64,000 nucleotides of DNA from Balanoglossus misakiensis. Its lineage: Eukaryota; Animalia; Hemichordata. The position numbers and the translations under genes are program-made. This document shows, piece after piece, positions 48,540-59,058 of the stretch (within the stretch, counting starts at the first letter, position 1; every line of letters begins with the position of its first letter). The DNA lies in the NCBI GenBank assembly GCA_040954595.2, contig CM082586.2, forward strand, positions 5,504,509 through 5,568,508, given 5' to 3'. The notes beneath the pieces are model-generated. The model was not told the origin of the DNA and ran no database searches. It saw only the letters and a list, made by a program, of their open reading frames with translations.

Positions 48540-51157
48540 ATGTCTGACAACACTGTAACCGTTATGGTGAAGTATGCCCCTGAAGATGGAAACGCTTTAC
48601 CCATCGAATGTGACGCAGGCGGGACAATTTTCAACCTTGCCAAGGAGATAAAAAGCCAAGCTCACCTGTTCGATCTTCAGGAAAGCGATATCAAATTGCA
48701 GTCTGTCGGGATGTTCACACGTAATGAATCCGGTATGATGGTTCTTTTGAAGATGAATGACAAGATAAAAGACCTGGAACAAAACGGGTGGCAAGTTGAA
48801 TTCAACAACCATTCCAGAGAATGTGAGTACCTTTAATATCAAACAGAGTACACGCGTGCATGTTAGCCTGTGCCATACACATATATTAACCGGGGCCTAT
48901 ATATTAAAATAAATACCACTTAAACAATATTTCTAAGTGTTCAAAAAGACAATGAAAAGGTAGATCGACACTTTTTCAAGAAAACTTTTTTCTACGACTG
49001 TCGTTTTATGATGCAAAACAACGTTAACACTTAGACAAAAATAATATATGAGATAAACTTTGACAAAAAAGAACATATCCTAGGAGCGAGATAATATCGC
49101 AATACAGTACCAGCCTTGTCAATGCTGTATAGAGCATTAAGGTTGTTCTCCTTATACCGGGGTGAGACATTGATTTTTTAAACACGAATTTTTTGCAGGT
49201 GTTAAGATAAATGTGAAACTCAAAGGATCAAGTACTAGAAAACAATTTAGCTTTTCTGAGAAGCAGACGGTTGCAGACCTTATCGAATGTATTATAAAAG
49301 ACATCGGCAACTTCAACCTTGCATCACCTATGAAGGAAGCATTAGAAGCAGGTGATGAAGAAATAGTTGTCTCGCCGATTCCTCCAAATCCTTGGGATTA
49401 TGTGGACACCCTAAGGCCAAGTCAAGTACTTAACACATTGGGCGAAGAAAACTTGCAATTTTTTGTAACACCGAAACGGAAACCACCTTCACTTGGTAAG
49501 CTCCACCCATTTGTCAACTTTACAATTACAGTATATGTTTTGTATATAGCAATCATAGAAAAGATTTTACTTTCGGACTCCATTTAAATGATTTAACTAG
49601 TGTGTAACCGCTGATTGTGGCATGTAAATTAATGTGAACACGTTAAATAATAAATGGGTGCCTCACCCGTTATTCAACTGCCAATTGCAAGAGTACACAA
49701 CTATCGTGGTATGTGCATATGGATATTAAAAAGAGTCAAAATAGTGTCATTTGTTGACTAAGGAGAAGATTGATGTATTTTATTGATTAAAAATATGATA
49801 AAAGTGGCAGCTATTTGCGCTTTAAATGCATCCTTTTTTCTATACCATAACTTGCAGAACAACGTACACGTCACATCACTATCTGCAATATATATCCTTT
49901 ATGATTTCTACATGTGTGCTTGTTCATTTGTTTGTTTTCCCTAGACGACCTATCTAAACTGTGTGTTGGTCAAAATATTGCCTTTATTGGCGCATCTGGC
50001 CACGGGAAGTCAACAACCATAAATACAATCGTAAAGGTAAATGAAAGTTTAATTTTCATGGGATTGGACTATGTAGATAAGCATTTTGCAGAGAGTTACT
50101 TTTATTGGATATTCTGAAGTTAAAATCTGCATTGTTGCACTCAGCAATTATATGAAACATGGTAAGAGATCGGATCCACTATTTTCATGATGTGACTTGA
50201 GTACGTAACCCGTTTATTACCATGTGTTACCAACCGGACGCGGAGACTTACATTTCTAAACCTCAGCGTTTATACCTTAGGCTAGCACTAGCTGCCCTGA
50301 TACCACACCCATTATGACGACCCAAATTCGAGATTTTAGTACTAGAGCGGCATGATAACAGTACGTCCACTTTTCTTCGTTTTCCAGGCTTTGGGCGGAA
50401 AAACGACTATTGCGGAGACGACCGCTGGCGCTGCAACAGGCACACATATTGTGACCCCTCACGATGTAACGATAAAAGGAAAACCCTTTCGAATCATTGA
50501 TGTTCCCGGTATCACCGTGAAGCTAAGCCCCGACAGCAGCAAGGTGGTAGAAAAACAAATCCGTTATATTCTAGATGGCAATTTCCCAGAAGAATTCAAA
50601 ACAGACTACTGGGAGACCTCTTATAAATTTGTAAGATGGTGGAAATACATGAAGAGCACTAGTATCGGCAAAGTTGACGCTGTCATCATCATACACAAAG
50701 GCACAGCTACAGCAATAGATCAAGTTGCAAGTATTGCTACAAATGTGGCCCTGACTATAGGTAATGTTTGTTCTTGTTTAAGTTAATGTATGTATAGTGA
50801 AGGAAACAAAATGTTATTCTTTCTCAAATTGGACTGTTATATACATAAATGTTGTTACTTTTTATATACATTTTCTATAATTTTTGTATTTATACAGGTA
50901 GAGGTATTCCCATTTTTGGCATTCTTACACACATGGACCTATTGGATGATGACGCCAAGAAAAGGGAAAGTAAGGAAACGTTGTCGGTAGGGGCCAATAT
51001 CGATGTGTGCAACATCTTTCCTCTGTCCAATCTGCAGCAAGAAGCTGGATCGAGAAGTCATGGTGGAAAAGACAGGGATGAATACGTGCTGACCATATTT
51101 GAGACTATTCTACATAAATCCAAGAATGCCAAAACAAAGGGCCAGGTCGGGATATAG
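48540..51157 (+). CDS. IFI44-like P-loop GTPase with two N-terminal ubiquitin-like domains (gene 2)
   Basis: Exons 48540-48822, 49199-49495, 49945-50036 (GASGHGKS), 50388-50760 (IIDVPG, YILDGNFP) and 50898-51157 (ILTHMD, IFPLSN, DEYVLTIFETIL); intron positions and phases in the GTPase part match gene 1. Confidence 0.82.
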
Positions 51158-51904
51158 AGACAATACATTAGGATTGTTTTTGTATGCGATTTATAACTGA
51201 CCCCATGACAATTATTGCATGTGTGTTACTGTATTCTAAGCGATCCGTGCAATAATATTCCGGTATGCAAGCTCATATGCAAATGAGCATAAAAATAATA
51301 AGATCCCAAATCGTATCTTGCAAAGTTTATCCCTCTTGCTGTTTTATAATCATTTGTAATTTTATATATACCTCAGGCTCCGGAGAATTAACAGAAATCT
51401 TATTTTAGTTGCAAAAAGCTGATTGCTGTTTTAGTTGTGCAGTTGACAAACTGGTATTTTTACAGTTCATATGCAAATTAGTAAAAACAAAATGGGACCA
51501 CGTTCTGTATGTCAACATTGAACGCCATCAGTAGTCTAACTGGGGAATTTTCAACATTATATTATCCTTCCCAACTGTCGTCAGAATAAGACACAACATT
51601 TAGTTGTCAGTATGTTTAGCCTTTAGGAATCTCGAAATTTACGAAGATCTCTCGCTACCGCCAATGTTCTCGCTATTGCTGATGCGACTCGTGACCTGAG
51701 CGATCAACTGAACCAACATGACCCGACTTTGCATAACAAAGGATTTGTAACTTTGCCTTATCATCACTTTGCCTAATCATTAACCGTCTCTGGGTGGCTT
51801 CGTCTTTACTGTACTGTACTGAAAATTAAAACGCCACGATATCGAAGCGCGAATTGTCGTCAAATCCGAGGAAACATATGCAATAAAAAGATAATGTTAT
51901 TACG

Positions 51905-52017
51905 TCTGCGCGCGATCTGTGCCGTACGGATGTTATTTTCACTCGTGAAAGTACTGCCGTAGAGTACATCCGATCACTTGTGAAAATAACTTCTATACGG
52001 CACAGATCGCGCGCAGA
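51905..52017. mobile_element. ~113-bp hairpin/MITE with long terminal inverted repeats
   Basis: tctgcgcgcgatctgtgccgta ... tacggcacagatcgcgcgcaga is a perfect 22-bp inverted repeat, extended imperfectly by gttattttcac/gtgaaaataac. Confidence 0.75.
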
Positions 52018-52030
52018 AGTTATATGTCAA

Positions 52031-52480
52031 TTGCATTGTGTGTCTTTCGATTTGGTCGAGTTCCTAATGGATATTTCCATGGCACCGAATACAAACATGG
52101 TGCACTCCATTTAGTTTTCTGGGTTTGTTTTCCGTTTTTTTCTAGTTATTCATACAAATATATATTTCTGAATGTACGTTTGCGTTTAAGCAGTTTACTT
52201 TGATTTTCTCAAATGGTTTTAATTGACTTCTAGTATTTCTTGTCTCATGGCTTCTGTACCCTATCTTTAACTGTTAAAGCTAAATCTGCAACCCAATAAA
52301 ACGCTGTGACGTTGCTTCCTCTTTTGCCTGTTTTTTTTCGTAGATGGAAGGCTTCGCGGAATCCTGTCAATGCCTTAGTCATCATGGAATGCTACACCGA
52401 TATCGTAATGTGTCAGATACGAGATAAACGGTTTGATTAATTTGTTTTGTGTCTTTTGTTTCGTGACCGACCTGAATCCT
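52031..52480. repeat. Direct repeat copy 2, downstream of UBL-GTPase gene 2
   Basis: Matches 47131-47483, then 47884-47950. Confidence 0.88.
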
Positions 52481-53454
52481 TGGTCGATGCTTCCATGGTA
52501 ATCGACAGAAACATCAAATAACAGTAAAGCTCGATGTCAAAGATCGCCGGGGAGTTTGTGGTCGAGCCAACGACCTGTGCCAGCGGACGATGATCAGAAT
52601 TTCAATTTGTTTGTCTTGTGTTTCAGTGTTCTGTAGTATAGTCAACTCGTGTATAGATTTTTGTGAGTAACTTTAAAGACTCGGCCTGTCAAGGTCTAAT
52701 TTTTTCAGAGTAATACATCGACAAATGTCGAATCGAAGTTTAAAGCGCCAGTAAGCTTGTGGCCGCTGCTGCCGGGGGCATTAACAGTCGTTCGCGGTGG
52801 ATGCTAAAACAGCTGGGAGAACAACAGTACACAGAAACATTAAGGTGGTAGATTTCGCTCTCTAACAAAGATAAGTTAAAATCAAGTGTTACTTCCGCCA
52901 CCAATGTCCCAATTTATGCCAGAAAATGTCGGTTACGGATGGATAATATTTAACATAGTTACAAAACTATTTCCAGAATAAGTTCCCTACACTGCATCCA
53001 TTAATGGCTTCCTATCGTGTTATTCAACCAAGCCAGAAACAGAGGAAATGTTGTTTCCCATCGTGTCACGTTCATGTACAAGTTATTGTTCAATAAATTA
53101 AAATGTGTCCGCTCTAAGTTTAACGGCTTTCTGACACTCCAAACAAACTAAAAGCTTGCCGTTCTCCTTAATCAAAGCTCCCTTGTGTGATCAAAAGGGT
53201 AGTTAAGTGAACACCATTTCCCCGGTAGTTCTATTATCTAATAAACGAGGAACCTGGATATTTGGTCATTCCAAGCGAATATCCCCAAATTAGTTTCAGA
53301 AATGCCGGGATATTACCGCAGATCAGTGAGTAGTGACATCAGAACACTTGGAGATCATGAACTTCATGATTGAACAGTTTTAACTTTACATGGAAATTAA
53401 ATTGAGCTTGAAAAACCTCTTGGTTTATTGTGTGAGTAATATGCAGATAACCAC

Positions 53455-53667
53455 ATGCATTTTAGATGTTTTTTATGACACTTGATACTTGTCTTGAATA
53501 CTCAAGTCGGTTTAGAATCTTGTTTCGTTTTATTCGGGTCTTCTCAGTTAATTCGTTCAGCATAATATCGATTGCTGTCTGATCGCGCGTTACAGTATCA
53601 ACTGTGATTTGCCACTTAACATACAATCAACTACAGGCCACAAATTAACAGGCGGAATTTTATCAGA
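53455..53667. repeat. Inverted copy of the 35349-35557 repeat
   Basis: Reverse-complement match by eye over about 200 bp. Confidence 0.85.
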
Positions 53668-54096
53668 TATACTTTGTACTCTTGTCAACTATACTAGTAT
53701 TTATCACGTGTTGCGATTTTATCTGTAATACAGAGGGCGCCGGACACCTAGACAACGAATGCCATCACAGTGATGCGACAGCGACAGAACGTAGCCTTCA
53801 CAATACACTTAGTATATCATCAAACCGTCAAACCCATTTTGCCCTACCAGAGGCATTACATGCATTAAACAAATTGGTATTTTTCGTGATTTTGACGATC
53901 ATATCATTCGTCTGGATTGAATTGAAGTACATGTATATGGGTAGTTTCGTTTTGTCACAAGTACATTATTCGCATCATGCAGTAACGTCATGTTGAGGCG
54001 AAAGGTCACAAGGGTGCGCGCAGTATCAAACGTATTGGCCGAACGTCTGTCAGGTTGTTGCTCTGTCTATAGGCACGCATATGTTCCACTTCCAAC

Positions 54097-56232
54097 ATGT
54101 TTGCAAAACCAAAACATTACGTATCAGTCGAAACTAAGCTCGGTAGCTTTCGCACAGCAGGGGGGAAAGTCAGAGGCCTCCTCGAGTCAATATTGACAAA
54201 TGATTTCCTGGTGGAGGAAAATGGCGCAAAGCGGAATGACCTCAGTAACTTTGCCAGTAAATCAGCGGTTATAGTGATCGACGCCAGGCAGACACGTAGT
54301 CTCTTCACCCCGTCGCGAAGAGACGCGAACGTCGATCACTGGGACGAACTTGACCAACTGACCTACTCGTTCACTTTCCCAAAAGGTAAGGCTATTCTGT
54401 CATTGTCTGTACACTTGGAAAAAACGCGCAAGTATGAAAAGATCGACCGTGAAACTAAAAGGAATAAACAGAAACAGCATTGGGACGTTGGTGTCTAAAA
54501 TTTACAGCAGGACGATGGTCCTATATAGCTTGTAACTAATTTGCTCTTGAATTGAATGGCCGGGGTCGACGCCAGAAGTTAAACTATTCGGAACTTACTA
54601 ATCGAAACTAAACTCTATTTTAAAGAAAAACATTGTTTCTCTAAACACAGGTTCCGTGCTTCTTGTTATCTACGCGGATGAGAAATCCAAACGTTTAGAA
54701 GACCTGTTTTCAGAGAAATGGAAGAAGGTTTGGCATTCTAATGACGGCATCGCCTACAGTCTAGCAGAAAGAAGACGTTGCATTACAATGTGGGAAGAAT
54801 TCAACAGCAAACAGAAGGAACGCTTGAAAGAATTTTTCCAAACGGAAGTTCCTCTGTTTACCTTTTACGAGACCCAGCTTAACCAATGTTTTGATCAGAA
54901 GAGTCGCTTGCATCGCTTTGTTCGGTGGTTTGTTCGTTCGATTCGCAGAGTTTCTGATTTTCAAACTGTCCTCGTCATTGGAGCTGGTGAGAAAATTCCA
55001 GAAAACCTCTGTCAATATTTTCAGCTGAATCCATTCTTCAGTAGTTCCAGTGAAAACGACGAAACATACCAAGCATACGAGACCAGATTCCACCAGCCCT
55101 CTAAGCCAAAAATCGTTAAGGTGTATCAGGTCGTGCTCCCTGTTGAAGCCAGCCAACATTACAGGGAAGCTCCAAACGTGATGATTGAGAAACTCCGACC
55201 GTCAATCAACGACCTCACCATACTCAGATTCAGAAATGGCTTGCCAAATATCCCAAGAGTAAGGCAGGTTGTCCAACGCATCTTCAGCTGGGTATGGAGT
55301 CCACTGCGCGGTGCCTTGGCACTGAATATACCGGGCGGTTTCTTCATTCGACCTTTGACTTACGATGCATTACTACATGTCGCTGACAGCGAGGAATGTT
55401 TCGTTGACGCTGTTGATGGGATCGACGAGGTTACCCAAAGCTTCAGTAAGTTACAAATATGTTTACTGCTGGGAAATTTTCATGAGAATGCCAACAACAT
55501 GACAATTTACTTTGTAACTTGGGATAAAACGTGACAGTTTTAGCGTGCTGGCAGGGTATGCTTATGCTATTCTGTAAACGTGGAACTGCGACGTAGTGTT
55601 GGATGGCTCTTTTGCAATTCGCGTTCATTTATTCATTTCTTTGACCTGGTAAATTAAAATTATAACGCCCATCCGACATTTTTGCAAACATATAACCTCC
55701 AACTCGTTAATCCAGCAAAATGTGAGCAGGGAATATACCGAGTTACATGATATAAGGCAAAAAACTGCTATGTGCTGTTCCGATTACATGGATTTCAAAA
55801 ATAAGGTAGATAGGTAGGGAAATTTTTTATTTTGCAATTTTTTTATATCATTGGCCGCCGTAGTGTAGAAGAATGACGTCACAGTTCTTGTGTGATTCTC
55901 GCAATTTTCACAAGTTTTTGTACATTTCACATTGTTTGTTTTCAATTTCCGGTGTAGGAAGCTCGAAAAAGTATAGGATCGGCGGGCTAAAATTAGGGTA
56001 GTTCGGGTAATCGGAACAGCACATATTTTTTTATTTGGTCTAAACCATATTCGTCTGTTATCTACTGCTATTAAAATCATATTCTTGTTCATATTTTATA
56101 GAAGACGCTGGTGTCATTTCCATTGGCAACGCCATTCCTGTGGTTCCAGATGGCAGCACTTCTACAAAGAGAGTTGCTCAGAAAGTGGATGAGTTCTTTT
56201 CTGGTCCTAACCAGTCACAGTCGGTAGTATAG
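54097..56232 (+). CDS. Uncharacterised protein: TIR-like domain plus degenerate GTPase-like domain (paralog of the 40887 gene)
   Basis: Exons 54097-54385, 54651-55445 (strong gtaagt donor; read-through would stop at 55534) and probable 56102-56232. Same phase-1 intron positions as the paralog; AVIVID..HWDELDQL..VLLVIY pattern. Confidence 0.65.
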
Positions 56233-56586
56233 AAACCTCGCCAGATTTCGAAGATGGCGCGGTTGGGCCTGGTCTACTTCAAGAGACCACATACGGATCA
56301 CATTTTCTTGATATCATCGATGCTTATGCATGGCAGTTGGCTCTGAATTTAACTGAATTTATAAACTTATTTGTCATGGTGCTCATAATTACAAGGAGTG
56401 TAGACTACTTCTGTCATAAGTAATTGCCAAAGTAGTACAGGTAGTCACCCGCTTCTTAAACATATATATCAACATTTGATCCGGTCCAATCATTCAATTT
56501 GAGTCTGGCAATACCAGCTTGTGAAGTAAAACTAGTTTTAAAAATCTCCAAAATACGACATTTGTGAAAATAATAAATGAAAAGTC

Positions 56587-56624
<38 letters not shown>

Positions 56625-56833
56625 ATTTGATCCAAGGCCATCAATTACCAAGTGTCGCAATGACATACGGGTAATATTCGGTCATCCTGCATGTCAGCTG
56701 TTCATTACAATAATAAACTATAGGCCTTATTTTGGCCACGCATGTGGGTAATTAAATTTCCAAGGTGTGTACTTGCCCGCATCGTTCTTACGCTCACAAT
56801 GTTAAAACAGTAGTGGAATGTCAAAATTGATAT

Positions 56834-57357
56834 GTGGGCAAGTTCACAGCTAAACAAGTCAAATATAAATGTTTCTATGTGTCAGCTAACATGCTTAACA
56901 GAAATTTTTTCAGATGTACTTTTGATATTAAGAGTATTCTTTTCAAAACATATTGTTACCATATGTATGGAAGCCCAATGCGGATAAAATTCTCTGTCAG
57001 TACAATGAGGAAATTGAAAGTTGCATATAACAACGCTGCTCGTATCCTCTTGGGATATGATAGACGTAGTAGAAGTGCGAGCTCTATGTTTGTGACAAAT
57101 AGAATAGATACGTTCGATGCCCTGCTTAGAAGGCAATTTGTTAGTCTAAAGCAACGACTTTTGAACTGCCAAAATGTAATTGTGCGGCAAGTGCATGACA
57201 CACTGTATTTTAATTCTGAAAGTTTGAGCTCATGGAGTAAGCTTCTTTTTGCAATCTAGATATGTATGTAATTTTTTTCCCTTTCACCTAATTAGTCTTT
57301 CTGTAATATGGATCTTGAGTCCGAAATAAAGTTTATAATAATAATATGTAATAATAA
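56834..57357 (+). mobile_element. 5'-truncated LINE (RTE-X-like) 3' end
   Basis: LFKTYC..MYG..KLKVAYNNAARILLG..SASSMFV..FDALLR C-terminal ORF2 motif, followed by a 3' UTR ending in aataaagttt(ataat)n. Confidence 0.75.
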
Positions 57358-58110
57358 TTTTGACACCGTACTGGTCAGTGTCCAACCTCTAGCCCTGTTC
57401 GTTAGCTTGGAATTAGATATGTGCATAATTAATGAGGTAACATGTAAGACTCCATTACAGATATGGGAAAGTAGGTCAAAGGTCACCAAAGGTCACCCAA
57501 CAAGAGGAGGTGGCATATGCATGTGTAATTAGGTTGTTAAAACTAGGTCAAAGGTCATGTGAAAATTGTCAAAAAAATTGTGAGAACTTCCGGTCATATG
57601 ATGACTCATATCTATAAAAAGAATTCTGTGATGTCAATATTTAGGCTAGAAATCGGAATTTTCAATTTTCGTCGGGTTTCAGAAAATCCAATATGGCCGC
57701 CATAATGATCAACCAATCACAATGCGCTTCGCACACTTGATAGACATGGGTTAGGTGACCACATACCCTAAATACTGAGACTCGGTAGTCGCCGGTTCTG
57801 GAGAAAGAGATTTTTTAAGTTATCATGAGTTTTTTTGAAAGTTCAATATGGCGGCCAAAGTCACATGACCACTCGGACTTTTATTGCCAAACTTTGAAGG
57901 GAAGAGAACATGTATACTATACACAAAATTTGAACTTGATTACCCCTGTAGTTTTTGAAAAGAAGTCGTTTAAAGGTTTTCAGAAAATCGAATATTCACG
58001 AGCCACTGCACGTCTACTCATTGGCCCCTATCACCCAACCAAGTTTCAGCCCCGTAGGTGCTGTGGTTTTCCAGATCTACATGGCCAAAAATCTGGGAAG
58101 TAGAAGACGA

Positions 58111-58410
58111 CATCGCCCATGCATAAAATCCTATTTAAGAACGTTGGTGATCGTCGCCCATGTATAAAATCCTATTTAAGAACGTTGGTGATCGTCGCCC
58201 ATGTATAAAATCCTATTTAAGAACCTTGGTGATCGTCGCCCATGTATAAAATCCTATTCAAGAACCTTGGTGATCGTCGCCCATGTATAAAATCCTATTT
58301 AAGAACTTTGCCCATGTATAAAATCCTATTTAAGAACCTTGATAACATTGCCCATGTATACAATCCTATTTAAGAACCTTGATGACATCGCCCATGTATT
58401 AAATCCTATT
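58111..58410. repeat. 41-bp minisatellite, about 7 copies, at the end of a repeat-like segment (57370-58110)
   Basis: Unit tcgcccatgtataaaatcctatttaagaac(g/c)ttggtgatcg, with a shortened copy and degenerate last copies. Confidence 0.9.
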
Positions 58411-59058
58411 TACCATAAACACACCATTTGGACCTGTGACGGGTTAAGGTCGGTAACTTTATTGTCTGCTGGTACACATTTTATTAATAGATTTAGTGTG
58501 TTATTGCTTTAGAATATCACATTAGCCACCCACTAATGTTATTAATATATTGATGGTGTTATTGTATTTACAACATACAATTGCGACCATAGTTCTTCAA
58601 TAGATACTCCGCGGACAATAATCCACCGTACCAAACAATTGCCCCCATCATATCCCTCACTCAAGCCCTAAATCGTTGACTGGGAAATGTTCGGGTTAGT
58701 AATGTCCAGGGGTAACTGTTATATTGTCTCTAACACATGTTACAACGATTGTTTCAAATAAAGAGTGTATTGCATTCGGAACCAGTTGTCGTTCACTCAT
58801 CGGTTGTTGAAGATTCTTGGTGGAATGATCGAGATGGATGTGGAGCAGATAGAATCGGGGCGTATTTGTCTATATCACGTGCAAATATAATTATTATTAT
58901 GTATTCATCGGTTATTCATTGCACCGAAAATGTACAACCACAAGGAAAATGTGAGAATAAATTTAATCTGTAATTTCGCTTGCTTAGGGAGTCTTCATTC
59001 AATTACCGAGTGTTAAAATAGAACGTACGTGCCATATGCGTATATTTTGGTTCCAACC

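Noticed and set aside
58111-58410. 41-bp repeats as a CRISPR array
   Set aside because: Units are contiguous with no unique spacers, there are no cas genes and the context is eukaryotic; this is a minisatellite.
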